64,000 bases of DNA from Syntrophorhabdaceae bacterium (GCA_963665295.1 OY762209.1:4544001-4608000), one strand, 5' to 3'. Numbered from the stretch's first letter, positions 29,274 to 39,854 are shown. The notes: generated from the sequence alone by a model not told the origin. A program made the numbers and translations.

Positions 29274-30800
29274 ATGAGCGCAAACTACTATGTGACCACA
29301 CCCATATATTACATCAATGACGTGCCCCATATCGGACACGCCTATACGACCATAGCCGCGGACGTCATTGCCCGTTACAAGCGCATCTGCGGGTATAACG
29401 TCTACTTTCTTACCGGAACGGATGAACACGGTCAGAAGGTGGAAAAAGCTGCCGAGTTGCAGGGCATTCACCCCCAGGAACTCGCGGACCGCATGGTCGT
29501 CAGGTTTACCGACCTCTGGAAGACGCTCAACATCACGAACAGCAGTCACATCAGGACCACCGAGGAAAGGCACAAAAAGGTGGTGCGGTATATGTTTGAA
29601 AAGGCATATGAAAAAGGAGACATATACCTCGGGGCTTACGAAGACTGGTATTGCGTGCCCTGTGAAAGCTATTTTACGGAGCTTCAATTAAAGGAAGGGA
29701 AATGCCCGGACTGCGGAAGACCGCCTGAGAAGCTGAAAGAAGAGAGCTATTTCTTCCGCCTTTCCAATTATACGGATCGGCTCCTGACCCTCCTCGAGGA
29801 ACACAAGGATTTCGTGTTGCCCGACGTGCGCTACAACGAGGTCCTGAGTTTCGTAAAGGGTGGCCTCAGGGACCTGAGCGTGAGCAGAACCAGCTTCAAG
29901 TGGGGGATTCCCACGCCCATGAACCCGGACCACGTGGTCTATGTCTGGTTCGATGCCCTTACCAACTATATCTCGGGCATCGGCTTTCTTGATGATCCGG
30001 AGACTTTCAAAGAGTTCTGGCCCTGCGACGCCCATCTCATGGGCAAAGACATATTGAGGTTTCACGCGGTATACTGGCCGAGCTTCCTCATGTCCCTGGG
30101 TATCGAGCCTCCCAAGAGGGTCTTTGCCCACGGGTGGTGGACGATAGACGGTCAGAAGATGTCGAAATCCCTCGGCAATGTGGTCGATCCCAATGAAGTG
30201 GTCCAACAGTACGGTGTGGATGAATTCCGCTTCTTCCTCTTCCGGGAGGTGCCCTTCGGTCTCGACGGGGATTTTTCGAAAACCGCCATCGAGCACAGAA
30301 TAAACGGGGACCTGGCGAACGACATCGGCAACCTCACGAGCAGAAGCGTCACCATGATAGGTAAATTCCTGAAAGGCAAGATAGAGAAACCGGAAAAGAA
30401 GGGTGGTATGGACGAGTACGTGGAGGAGCAGGTAAGGAAGCTCACGGAAGAGTACCGCAAAGAGATGGATCTCTTCGGGTACCACAAAGCCCTTGCTGCG
30501 GCCTTCGAGATCATCTCGATACTGAACAAATACATCGATGCGGAAGCTCCCTGGAAGCTCGCGAAAGAAGGCGATGTACGGATCAAGACAGTGCTCTATA
30601 ACATCTGGAACAGCATCCGGGTGACGGCAATGCTTCTCTATCCCTTTATGCCGCAGAAATCAAACCTCATCTGGAAGGCGCTCGGGATCGGAAAGCTGAT
30701 CGAAAACGCGTTCTTCGATGACGAAACAGTCTTTTATTGCCCCGACGATATCAGCCCCATCGATAAGATCGCGCCCATATTCCCCCGCATAGAGACTTGA
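29274..30800 (+). CDS. metG: Methionine--tRNA ligase (short form)
   Basis: HIGH motif, GTDEHG, YVWFDAL, KMSKS; no C-terminal tRNA-binding appendix. Confidence 0.97.
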   Translation: MSANYYVTTPIYYINDVPHIGHAYTTIAADVIARYKRICGYNVYFLTGTDEHGQKVEKAAELQGIHPQELADRMVVRFTDLWKTLNITNSSHIRTTEERHKKVVRYMFEKAYEKGDIYLGAYEDWYCVPCESYFTELQLKEGKCPDCGRPPEKLKEESYFFRLSNYTDRLLTLLEEHKDFVLPDVRYNEVLSFVKGGLRDLSVSRTSFKWGIPTPMNPDHVVYVWFDALTNYISGIGFLDDPETFKEFWPCDAHLMGKDILRFHAVYWPSFLMSLGIEPPKRVFAHGWWTIDGQKMSKSLGNVVDPNEVVQQYGVDEFRFFLFREVPFGLDGDFSKTAIEHRINGDLANDIGNLTSRSVTMIGKFLKGKIEKPEKKGGMDEYVEEQVRKLTEEYRKEMDLFGYHKALAAAFEIISILNKYIDAEAPWKLAKEGDVRIKTVLYNIWNSIRVTAMLLYPFMPQKSNLIWKALGIGKLIENAFFDDETVFYCPDDISPIDKIAPIFPRIET

Positions 30801-30803
30801 GAG

Positions 30804-31100
30804 ATGGGTTTTTCCACTGTTCGCGGCGTCGTTGAAAAGATTCTCAAGAAATACCGGCTTAATGGCGACCTCGACGCGTACAGGGTCTTCGAGGTTTGGG
30901 ACGACCTCGTGGGGGACAGGATTGCGAACCACACAAGGCCCATAAAGATTGACGGTTATTTTCTCCTTGTGGAGGTCGATGACCCCCTCTGGCTTACCCA
31001 ACTCAAGTACATGAAGACGGATATACTGGACAAGATCGGTGTAACCATCAAGAAAGGGGTGTTGAAGGACCTGAGGTTCACCCTCAAGAAGACGGACTGA
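30804..31100 (+). CDS. DUF721/DciA-family protein
   Basis: W..LVG..IA.HT.P…L.V.V….W..QL pattern. Confidence 0.8.
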   Translation: MGFSTVRGVVEKILKKYRLNGDLDAYRVFEVWDDLVGDRIANHTRPIKIDGYFLLVEVDDPLWLTQLKYMKTDILDKIGVTIKKGVLKDLRFTLKKTD

Positions 31101-31193
31101 CCTTCCCGTCTCGTCCTCCGGCACACACGACCCTATTCGGGTCGTGCACGGATCTCCTTGCCTCCCCGCTGCCCCGTACCTATGTTTACAAGT

Positions 31194-32615
31194 ATGGACG
31201 CCTTGCCCGACGGTACCCTCCGTGAGGGAATGAGACTCGAAAGCGACGCATTGGGAAAAATTTGGGTCCCTGCCGATCGTTACTGGGGCGCTCAAACCCA
31301 GCGTTCCCTCATCCACTTCTCCATCGGCGAAGACCTCATGCCCCGAGAACTGATCAACGCCCTCGCAATCGTCAAGAAAGCGGCGGCCCTCGCGAACGCC
31401 GGACTCTCCGCCCTGCCCCGGGACAAGGCGAAGTTGATAATCCGGGCTGCGGAAGAGGTGATCGAGGGCCATCTGGAGGGCAACTTCCCCCTCCACGTCT
31501 GGATGACGGGAAGCGGATCCCAGAGCAATATGAACCTTAATGAAGTCATCTCCAACCGGGCCATCGAGATGGCGGGCGGTACAATGGGCACCAAAACGCC
31601 CCTCCATCCGAACAACGATGTCAATATGTCCCAGTCGTCAAATGACGTCTTTCCCAGCGCCATGCATATCGCCGCGGCAACGGCCGTTCGCGGGCGACTG
31701 ATCCCCGCTATCGAGGAACTCAGGGACGGGCTCGACCAGAAGGCATCGGAGTGGGCCGATATCATAAAGATCGGCCGCACCCACCTGATGGACGCGGTGC
31801 CCATGACGCTCGGCCAGGAGTTTTCGGGCTATGCGGCCATGCTTGACGACGACCTCGGGAGACTTAACACCGTCCTCCCCGGCCTCCTCCGGCTCACCGT
31901 CGGAGGAACAGCGGTGGGCACCGGTCTCAACGCTCCCAGAGATTTCGGGCCTCTCGCCGTCCGATACATAGAGGAAATTACCGCACTTCCCTTTGAACCG
32001 GCGCCGAACAGATTTGCGGCGCAGGGCGCGCATGACTCCATGGTGACGGTAAGCGGCGTCCTGAGGACCATCGCGGTTTCTCTTTACAAAATAGCCAACG
32101 ACATCAGGCTCCTTGGGTCGGGACCACGGTGCGGGTTGCAGGAACTGATCCTCCCCGCCAACGAGCCCGGTTCCTCCATTATGCCGGGCAAGATCAATCC
32201 CACCCAGTGCGAAGCTATGGCCATGGCGGCCGTCCAGGTAATGGGCTATGATGCCGCTGTGGGTTTTGCCGGGGCGGGAGGCAGCCTGGAGATGAATGCT
32301 TACAAGCCCCTTATGGCGTTCAACGTTATTCAGGGCATCCGTCTCATAGCGGACTCATGCCGCAGCTTCTCGGCCTTTCTTGTTAAAGGAATGAAACCCG
32401 ATAGAGACCAGATCAGGGTACATCTCAACCGGTCGCTGATGCTCGTTACCGCGCTGAGTCCGGTCATCGGCTATGACAAGGCGTCAGAGATTGCGCATCT
32501 CGCCCTCAATGAAAACCTTACACTCAGGGAAGCGGCGTTGAAACTCGCCTATCTCTCCCGCGAAGACTTCGACCGGCTGGTAAACGCCGAACGGATGGCC
32601 CGTCCTGACTCCTGA
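31194..32615 (+). CDS. fumC: Class II fumarate hydratase
   Basis: WGAQTQRS, HPNNDVNMSQSSND, GRTHLMDA, GSSIMPGKINP; start uncertain (31158-31230). Confidence 0.95.
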   Translation: MDALPDGTLREGMRLESDALGKIWVPADRYWGAQTQRSLIHFSIGEDLMPRELINALAIVKKAAALANAGLSALPRDKAKLIIRAAEEVIEGHLEGNFPLHVWMTGSGSQSNMNLNEVISNRAIEMAGGTMGTKTPLHPNNDVNMSQSSNDVFPSAMHIAAATAVRGRLIPAIEELRDGLDQKASEWADIIKIGRTHLMDAVPMTLGQEFSGYAAMLDDDLGRLNTVLPGLLRLTVGGTAVGTGLNAPRDFGPLAVRYIEEITALPFEPAPNRFAAQGAHDSMVTVSGVLRTIAVSLYKIANDIRLLGSGPRCGLQELILPANEPGSSIMPGKINPTQCEAMAMAAVQVMGYDAAVGFAGAGGSLEMNAYKPLMAFNVIQGIRLIADSCRSFSAFLVKGMKPDRDQIRVHLNRSLMLVTALSPVIGYDKASEIAHLALNENLTLREAALKLAYLSREDFDRLVNAERMARPDS

Positions 32616-32684
32616 TCTCCAAAACCGGAAGGCGCGGCCGGGTTGGTGGACGTTTCCGTCCCACCCGGCCTGTCGCGCCGATTA

Positions 32685-33332
32685 TCACTTCCTCATTTCG
32701 ATGGTCAGTTCGTCATCGAAGGGGAGTATGCCGTGAGGGTCGAAGGTTCCCTTCACCTTGTAACCCGAGTCCAGGGCAAAGAGGATAATCCCCCCTATCG
32801 CCCCGTACTTTATTGATGCAACCAGAGCGAGGGCTATGTCGCGGGACACACCGATGGATGCCAGTTCAGGATCGGAATAGAAGTTGCGCGCCATCGGCTT
32901 GCCCGACATGCGCATCATCCTGCTGAAGAGTTTCCTCGCGATGGGGCCCCGGCCCGCGAGGTTGAGGTCCTGCTGTTGTTCGATGGTGGTCAGGGTCTTT
33001 CCGCCCCAATTGTTTTCTCCGTGGTAGATCTGAACGACTTCGGGGTCCCCGGCATAGACCGAAAGCTTATACCTGATCTTTCCGAAGGGGTTATACCACC
33101 ACCTGACCCTTATAAACTGATCACCCTTAGCACCCGCCTCCGGGAAAGACTCGATAATGCAGCCGCTCCCCGCGGATGCCACTTCCATGTCAACGGAATA
33201 CCTTGCAAACCTGCTGTCCCTCGGTATGCTGAAGGCATGCGTATCCTTGCCTTGACCGGAGTTCGCGGGGTTCCAATCACCCTCATCGTCCCAATGACTC
33301 TTCGTCTTCTCATAGATTAAAGTCTGTGGCAT
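32685..33332 (-). CDS. Hypothetical protein
   Basis: 215-aa ORF with strong RBS (gaggagg); no family recognised. Confidence 0.7.
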   Translation of the reverse strand: MPQTLIYEKTKSHWDDEGDWNPANSGQGKDTHAFSIPRDSRFARYSVDMEVASAGSGCIIESFPEAGAKGDQFIRVRWWYNPFGKIRYKLSVYAGDPEVVQIYHGENNWGGKTLTTIEQQQDLNLAGRGPIARKLFSRMMRMSGKPMARNFYSDPELASIGVSRDIALALVASIKYGAIGGIILFALDSGYKVKGTFDPHGILPFDDELTIEMRK

Positions 33333-33543
33333 TCCTTATACCTCCTCTGGTATGTATATTTCCCCGGTCCATTGCGTGGATACCGGCCCGCAAAGCCTGC
33401 GCTCTCCCTGCACATGGCAGACGCCCCTTACGCTCTTCATGTATACACTATAAGACATGTTTAAGGCAACTGGTGGCACCGCCCGGTTGACTCATAATTA
33501 AATCTTACCCAAAGGTGGCTGCGGGAGGGCCCACTGATTTTGC

Positions 33544-33572
33544 TTGACGGGGCACGCCAAATGCGGTATGAT
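33544..33572 (+). promoter_or_regulatory. Sigma70 promoter of the riboswitch/P-type ATPase transcript
   Basis: TTGACG, 17 bp, TATGAT directly upstream of the aptamer. Confidence 0.75.
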
Positions 33573-33579
33573 ATTTTTT

Positions 33580-33677
33580 ATAAAGGGGAGTAGCTGATAG
33601 CGTTTGCGTCGTCATTTCGTTCGGCAAAGCCGAACCGGTGCAACGGTCAGATTCAGGTTGACCAGCAAGACCTTTGT
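33580..33677 (+). promoter_or_regulatory. yybP-ykoY (Mn2+) riboswitch aptamer
   Basis: AAAGGGGAGTAGC…GTCGTCAT…CCGG…GCAAGACCTTT hallmark segments; upstream of a cation P-type ATPase. Confidence 0.9.
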
Positions 33678-33705
33678 CGGATAAGTCCGGCAAAGGTCTT
33701 TTTTT
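33667..33705 (+). terminator. Riboswitch-controlled intrinsic terminator
   Basis: AAGACCTTTGTCGGA-taag-TCCGGCAAAGGTCTT plus T tract; the 5' arm overlaps the aptamer P1 strand. Confidence 0.88.
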
Positions 33706-33905
33706 GTGGCTCAAAACATCGGTTGCGACGCCTTGAAGCCGAGGCGTCGCGCCACCCGGAGGGGTTGAACATGACCGACTGTTAAGAAAAATATCAACTC
33801 TGGTACATGGGGCCGGAGTGAGGTGGCGCCGCAGGATGCTTAAGTTCCATAGAAGGACCGCCGCCTGCAAGGGCCCCCGCAAAGTCTGACAGGGAGGATA
33901 TATCC

Positions 33906-36764
33906 ATGATCAAAAACACGAATCACACGCTTTCCTTGAAAGAAATAATCGCAGGGTTCGGGACGGACCCCGTTTTGGGCCTGAGCGATGGCGAAGCGCG
34001 CCTGCGCCTCGAAAAACATGGAAGGAACGAACTCCACGAGAAAGAGAAACCAGGGTTTCTTTCCATGCTCCTGAGACAATTCGCCAATTTTCTTGTCATC
34101 ATCCTCATCGTCGCAGCCGCTATCTCGTTCTTCCTCGGGGAATGGATCGATGCGACGGCCATCATTGTAATAGTCATACTCAATGCGGTAGTAGGTGTCG
34201 TTCAGGAATCAAAAGCGGAGGAAGCCCTCGCGGCCTTAAAGAAGATGGCCGCTCCCAATGTCCAGGTCATCCGGGCGGGACATCAGGTTACCCTGCCTTC
34301 GGCGGAACTTGTCCCTGGAGACCTGGTGGCGCTGGAAGCGGGCAACTATGTGCCCGCCGACATGCGCCTTACGGAGGCGGTCAACCTTAAGGTCGAGGAG
34401 GCGTCCCTTACCGGAGAATCAGTGCCCGTCGAAAAGGATGCTCACCTTGTCCTCGATAAGGAGGTCTCACTCGGCGACCTGAGGAACTGCGCGTTCATGG
34501 GGACCCTGATCTCCTACGGCCGAGGCAAGGGGATTGTCACCGGCACGGGCATGAACACCGAGATGGGCCGGATAGCGGAGATGATCCAATCATACAAGGA
34601 GGAGCCCACGCCCCTGCAGGTCAAACTGGATCAACTCGCGAAATGGCTCGGGATAGCATGTCTCGTCATATGCGGATTCCTCTTCCTCTATGGTCTCGCA
34701 CGGAATACCTCACCGGAGATGATCTTCAGCGCCGGTCCTCTGGCCTACCTGGCGGCTGAGAAGGCCGCCATCATCGGGCTTTTTATGGCCGCCATCAGTC
34801 TCGCCATAGCCGCCGTGCCTGAAGGGTTGCCCGCGGTCGTAACCATCTGCCTGGCCCTCGGTATGCAGAGGATGATCCGCCGCCATGCCCTCATCAGAAA
34901 GCTGCCCGCAGTGGAGACCCTCGGCTGTGCTACCGTGATATGTACGGACAAGACAGGGACCCTCACTCAAAATGAGATGACCGTGGTCGAGGGGTGGACG
35001 GACGGCAGGCTGTTTAACGTGAACGGCCTCGGGTATTCCCCCGTGGGAAAATTTCTATTCGACGACGCTTCTTTCGATCCTCTAAAGGACTCCTCCACAT
35101 CGCTTCTTCTCCACGGGGGCCTGCTTTGCAATGATGCGAAGCTCGAACAGTATGACGAGGACGGATCCAGGGGATGGCGTATCGTCGGCGATCCCACTGA
35201 AGCGTCGCTTCTGGTGGCAGCGGCCAAGGCGGGTCTGTGGAGACAGGAACTTGAAAAGACCATGCCCCGCGTAATGGAGGTCCCTTTCGATTCCGAAAGA
35301 AAACGCATGATCACTGTCCATGAATGGCCGAAGGGGTCCCGAAACGGTCCGGCGGGTCACGAGCCCTATATCGCCTATGTCAAAGGCGCACCCGATATCG
35401 TCCTGAATCTCACGGACAAGATCATGGTCAACGGCGAGCCTGTTGCGCTCACCGGGGAGGGGCGGGAGGAAGTCTTTTCCATCAACCGGCAAATGGCGGG
35501 TCAGGCCCTTCGTGTGCTCGGCATCGCGTGCAAGCCCATGAGCCGTCTGCCGGAAGGCCGAGCCGTTGACACGATCGAGGAGGGACTCACCTTCGTGGGA
35601 TTGCTCGCCATGATCGACCCTCCGCGCCCGGAGGTGAAAGAAGCGGTCAAAACAGCCCACGAGGCAGGATTGAAAATAGTGATGGTCACGGGCGACCATA
35701 AGGACACGGCCGTGGCGATCGCGGGAAAGATAGGCCTCCTCACGCAGGGCGGACTGGTCCTCACAGGGGAGGAACTCGACCGGATGAGTGATAGTGACCT
35801 TACCGGGAAGATCGACAGACTGGATGCATGCTGCCGCGTCTCTCCCCAGCACAAGACAAGGATCGTGGACGCCTTCAAGGCGAAGGGTCACGTAGTCGCC
35901 ATGACAGGGGACGGCGTGAACGATGCGCCTGCCCTCAAACGCTCCAATATAGGCGTTGCCATGGGCATCACCGGTACGGACGTTTCCAAGGAGACGGCCG
36001 ACATGGTGCTCACCGATGACAACTTCGCGAGCATCGTCTCCGCCGTCGAGGAGGGGCGGGTAATCTACTCGAACATCCGCAAGTTCGTCTTCTATCTCAT
36101 TTCGTGTAACATGGGAGAGATTCTGATCATCTTTTTCGCCATGCTTTTCGGCATACCGGTGCCCTTAAAGCCGGTCCAATTGCTCATGCTCAACCTTGTC
36201 ACGGATGGGGCTCCCGCCCTCGCCCTCGGTCTTGAAAAGGGGGAACCGGACCTGATGAAACAGCCCCCCAGGCCCACGAAAGAGCCCGTGATAAACAGGG
36301 AGATGAGGATTTCCGCGGTAATACAGGCCATCGTCATGACCGGGTCGGTGCTGTCCGCCTTCTACTTGGCCCTCAACCGCTACCCCGGCAATATCGAGGC
36401 CGCCCAGACGGTGGCTTTCGTAACCCTCTCCATGTCGGAACTTCTTCGGGCCTTCACCGCACGTTCACAACGTTATTCCGTCTTCTCCATAGGCATCCTT
36501 TCCAACCGGTGGATGGTGTGGGCTGCCGGAGGCTCCGGCGCCCTGATCCTTCTCGCCGTGTATGTCCCCTTCCTGAGGCCGTTTCTCAATACAGTGGCCC
36601 TCGGGGCCGACGACTGGCTTATGATGACCCCTTTCATATTCAGCAACGCCATAGCCGCGGAACTCACCAAGGCAGGTATCAGATGGAATGCCCGTCGTGT
36701 TGCAGCCGGGAGGAAAGGCAGCGCCTCAACACTTCGTCCCGAAGGGCGGGAGACTCTCGACTGA
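33906..36764 (+). CDS. Cation-translocating P-type ATPase, P2A (Ca2+/Mn2+-type)
   Basis: TGES, VPEGLP, DKTGTLT, KGAPD, TGD, GDGVNDAPAL, NLVTDG. Confidence 0.95.
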   Translation: MIKNTNHTLSLKEIIAGFGTDPVLGLSDGEARLRLEKHGRNELHEKEKPGFLSMLLRQFANFLVIILIVAAAISFFLGEWIDATAIIVIVILNAVVGVVQESKAEEALAALKKMAAPNVQVIRAGHQVTLPSAELVPGDLVALEAGNYVPADMRLTEAVNLKVEEASLTGESVPVEKDAHLVLDKEVSLGDLRNCAFMGTLISYGRGKGIVTGTGMNTEMGRIAEMIQSYKEEPTPLQVKLDQLAKWLGIACLVICGFLFLYGLARNTSPEMIFSAGPLAYLAAEKAAIIGLFMAAISLAIAAVPEGLPAVVTICLALGMQRMIRRHALIRKLPAVETLGCATVICTDKTGTLTQNEMTVVEGWTDGRLFNVNGLGYSPVGKFLFDDASFDPLKDSSTSLLLHGGLLCNDAKLEQYDEDGSRGWRIVGDPTEASLLVAAAKAGLWRQELEKTMPRVMEVPFDSERKRMITVHEWPKGSRNGPAGHEPYIAYVKGAPDIVLNLTDKIMVNGEPVALTGEGREEVFSINRQMAGQALRVLGIACKPMSRLPEGRAVDTIEEGLTFVGLLAMIDPPRPEVKEAVKTAHEAGLKIVMVTGDHKDTAVAIAGKIGLLTQGGLVLTGEELDRMSDSDLTGKIDRLDACCRVSPQHKTRIVDAFKAKGHVVAMTGDGVNDAPALKRSNIGVAMGITGTDVSKETADMVLTDDNFASIVSAVEEGRVIYSNIRKFVFYLISCNMGEILIIFFAMLFGIPVPLKPVQLLMLNLVTDGAPALALGLEKGEPDLMKQPPRPTKEPVINREMRISAVIQAIVMTGSVLSAFYLALNRYPGNIEAAQTVAFVTLSMSELLRAFTARSQRYSVFSIGILSNRWMVWAAGGSGALILLAVYVPFLRPFLNTVALGADDWLMMTPFIFSNAIAAELTKAGIRWNARRVAAGRKGSASTLRPEGRETLD

Positions 36765-37029
36765 CCGGCATTGCCCGTCACGACAGGGAGAACAAGAGGG
36801 AGGGAAAGAAAGAGCGCAAAGGGGCCATAGAGGAACCGCATGAGGTGCAAGGGGGTATTGTTATGGAATGGCACCTGATATTATTGGCTGTTTCTGAGGC
36901 GGCGGACTGTTTCATCCTCGCCGCCATGGCAGTGACACTCCCCTACGCAATCGGCGGCCTCTTTGCCAAATGAAAATAAGGGGCCGCCGCCGATTGACAA
37001 GTCACCGTGGGAATGCATACGATTCTGTC

Positions 37030-37665
37030 ATGAGAATTCGCAGACAGGCACACCGGGCATCCGCAGTGGTAATCCTTTGCTTGCTTTTGTGCGCAATCAT
37101 GGGGTTCCAGGCCCCGGCGGCATCCGGGGAGAACAAACAGGCGACAGGGACCACGCTTGGCCGATATGCGTCCGAGACTAGGGGGAGCGGAATGAAAAGT
37201 ACACACACGGGCAACTGGAGGGAGTTCACGAGGCCTGACGACGCAAGTTTAAAGAAGACACTGACGCCCATGCAGTACAAGGTGACCAGGAAGAAGGGTA
37301 CCGAGCCCGCTTTCAAGAACGAATACGCCGATAATCACCGGGAAGGTATCTATGTGGATGTCGTCTCTGGAGAGCCCCTGTTCAGTTCCGTTGATAAATT
37401 CGACTCCGGCACAGGATGGCCGAGCTTCACAAGACCCCTTGAACCGGACAACATTGTGGAAAAAGAGGATAAAAGCTTCTTCATGAAACGTGTCGAGGTG
37501 CGGAGCAAGCGGGGCGATTCCCACCTGGGGCATGTATTCAACGACGGCCCGCCGCCCACGGGTCTCAGATACTGTATGAACTCCGCCGCCTTGCGGTTCA
37601 TCCCCAAAGAAGATCTGGAAAAAGAGGGTTACGGGGAGTACCTTCGGCTTTTCAACAGGAAGTAA
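37030..37665 (+). CDS. msrB: Peptide-methionine (R)-S-oxide reductase, possibly with a signal peptide
   Basis: [33 protein letters not shown]; start at 37030 or 37192. Confidence 0.93.
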   Translation: MRIRRQAHRASAVVILCLLLCAIMGFQAPAASGENKQATGTTLGRYASETRGSGMKSTHTGNWREFTRPDDASLKKTLTPMQYKVTRKKGTEPAFKNEYADNHREGIYVDVVSGEPLFSSVDKFDSGTGWPSFTRPLEPDNIVEKEDKSFFMKRVEVRSKRGDSHLGHVFNDGPPPTGLRYCMNSAALRFIPKEDLEKEGYGEYLRLFNRK

Positions 37666-37690
37666 CATTCACGCTCGCCCGGAGGTGGCT

Positions 37691-38758
37691 TCACTTGAGG
37701 GCGATGGCTTTCTCCGGACATACCTCCTGGCAACAGAAACAGGCAATACACCGGTCGGCATCCACCTCCGGGACAGGTCCATTCATGGACAGGGCCGAGA
37801 CCGGACACTGATCCACGCAGGTGCCGCAACCCGTGCACCACTCCGGGTCGGCTTCCGGCCGGGACATGGTCCTGTTCCGGATCATCCCTTGCATGACCTC
37901 GTTGCGGAGGACCGCTTCGCCCGACATAGGCGGCAACTTGAAATCGGGCAGGCGCGCCAATCGGCCTACAATTTCTATTTGCCCCAGGTCGTAGTCACCC
38001 AGGCCTGCGGCCTTTGCCTTCCGGAGAAACCCCAGTTGACCCGGTTCGCATCCCATCATGAAGGCAATCACCCCATCCATGGCCACCGCGTTGTCGGAGG
38101 CGAGGATGAGACCGATGTGCCGGAGATCGGGTGAAGCGGGACCGTTCCCCTCCATGCCCACTACCGCGTCCACGATAAAAAGGTCCGGTACCCGAAGCAG
38201 GAATACATCGACTATCATTTCATGAAACCTCTCGGCCGAACCCGCGGCTTTGTGAAGTCCCGCCTTCTCTGCGCCGGGAAGGAATCCATAGCTGTTCTTG
38301 ATCGCCCCCGTAAGCACGGTCAGGCCGTGGGTTTTAAACTTGGGCAGGCTTATGATGATTTCCGCTTCCCGGACGATGCGGGAGATGCTCACCTCGGGCG
38401 CGAAATCGGGATTGAAGGCGACCCTTGCCGCCTCGTTCCCGATATTCCGGTAATAACCTTTGGCCGCTTCCATAAGACCTGTCTTCCTGAAACTCTCTTC
38501 GTTCGCCCCGTAGCTGAAAACGCCCGGATTGTCGCCCACTACTATGGACGCGGGCGACATGGACTCCACCTTTTCCACAACGGCGCGAAGTACCGCGGGG
38601 TGGGTCACGATGCCCTCGCCCGCCTCCGAGGCCCTGAGCACATTAGGCTTGATCAGGACCTTCTTTCCCCGGATATCCACGGGAAAAAACTCAAAAGCCC
38701 TGTCCACGGCACCCGTGACGTTATCGTAGGTCGCCGGATGAATCATCACTTTCGACAT
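37691..38758 (-). CDS. DUF362-domain protein with C-terminal 2x[4Fe-4S] ferredoxin
   Basis: KVLIKPN, THP, PKFKTH, GAIKN, EGNGP; CTGCGTCVDQCP and CIACFCCQEVCP. Confidence 0.9.
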   Translation of the reverse strand: MSKVMIHPATYDNVTGAVDRAFEFFPVDIRGKKVLIKPNVLRASEAGEGIVTHPAVLRAVVEKVESMSPASIVVGDNPGVFSYGANEESFRKTGLMEAAKGYYRNIGNEAARVAFNPDFAPEVSISRIVREAEIIISLPKFKTHGLTVLTGAIKNSYGFLPGAEKAGLHKAAGSAERFHEMIVDVFLLRVPDLFIVDAVVGMEGNGPASPDLRHIGLILASDNAVAMDGVIAFMMGCEPGQLGFLRKAKAAGLGDYDLGQIEIVGRLARLPDFKLPPMSGEAVLRNEVMQGMIRNRTMSRPEADPEWCTGCGTCVDQCPVSALSMNGPVPEVDADRCIACFCCQEVCPEKAIALK

Positions 38759-38801
38759 GGTCTCTGCCTCCGGTGGTTCCCTACGCGGGAACCTGCCGTT
38801 C

Positions 38802-39785
38802 TCAAACGGGTTTCCGCGCCTCCACAAGGCAATCCATTCTTTCGCCCGTCCTCACAAGTTCTACGCGGGTAAAACCCGCCTGTTCGAGGGAACTCTTCAC
38901 CTCTTGAAAGGTATACGTGTCTCCCCCCGTGGTATTGATCAGCATGTTAAGGGCAAAGAGCGCTCCCGCGGGCGGCTTTGTCCGCGACTCATCCATGATG
39001 TGGTCCCTTATGAGTATCGCTCCCCCCGGTTCCAGAGCCTTAAATACCTTCCGATACAATTCTATGTTCTGTTCCGTGCTGTTCTGGTGGATTATGGCGG
39101 AAAGCAAGGCGAGGTCCGATCCGCGCGGCAGTTCGTCCTTATAGAAATCACCGGCAGCGAAGGTTACCCGGTCGAGAAGGTCCTCCGCCTCCATTCTCTC
39201 CCGCGCATGGGGGATCACAGGTTCGAGGTCGAAGATGATCGCCTTCATGGCAGGGTTCTTTCTCAGGAATGCGGTCGTGTAGGTGCCGGATGCTCCACCC
39301 ACATCGAGGAGACGGGTGAATCGGGACAGATCGTATCCATCGGCAATTTCTACGGACAGTTCCCGTCCGATTACATGCATGGCCCCTATGAAGGCTACCC
39401 TGTCCTCCTCGCCTGTCGCCGTCTTCTCTCTCGTCCGGGTACTCCCTTCCTTGACCGTCTCCGTAAGGTAACTCCAGCCTTTCCAGAGCCCCACAAGGTG
39501 GCGTATCATAGGAAGGATGGTTTCCGGGTGACGGGAAGAGAGAAAAGCCCCTGTTTCCGTGACACGGTAAACGCCGCCATCCTTAACGAGAAGCTCCAGG
39601 GTGACAAGATAATCGAGGGTCCTTGTCAAGGCCCGCGCATCAAGCCCCTGGGAGGCCGCAAGCTCCCCCGCCGCAACGGGGTTCTCATCCAGCTTCGTAA
39701 ACAGGTCAAGTTCCGCCGCAGTGAAAATTACCCGGCTCTTCATGAAATTGAAAGCTTCCGCGGTTATGGTCTCGTATCTTTCCAT
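38802..39785 (-). CDS. SAM-dependent O-methyltransferase with dimerisation domain
   Basis: LLDVGGASG, FDL, AGDF, IIH motifs; N-terminal TAAELDLF. Confidence 0.9.
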   Translation of the reverse strand: MERYETITAEAFNFMKSRVIFTAAELDLFTKLDENPVAAGELAASQGLDARALTRTLDYLVTLELLVKDGGVYRVTETGAFLSSRHPETILPMIRHLVGLWKGWSYLTETVKEGSTRTREKTATGEEDRVAFIGAMHVIGRELSVEIADGYDLSRFTRLLDVGGASGTYTTAFLRKNPAMKAIIFDLEPVIPHARERMEAEDLLDRVTFAAGDFYKDELPRGSDLALLSAIIHQNSTEQNIELYRKVFKALEPGGAILIRDHIMDESRTKPPAGALFALNMLINTTGGDTYTFQEVKSSLEQAGFTRVELVRTGERMDCLVEARKPV

Positions 39786-39854
39786 GTTTGTCTCCTCGGG
39801 ATTGTAGTATCGAAGCGGTAATACCCGGAACCGTGGCCCGGGAACGCCTGATCA

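Noticed and set aside
33772..33786. Tiny uORF (MTDC*) with RBS in the ATPase leader
   Set aside because: Too short to judge and has no recognisable similarity; could be a relic start.
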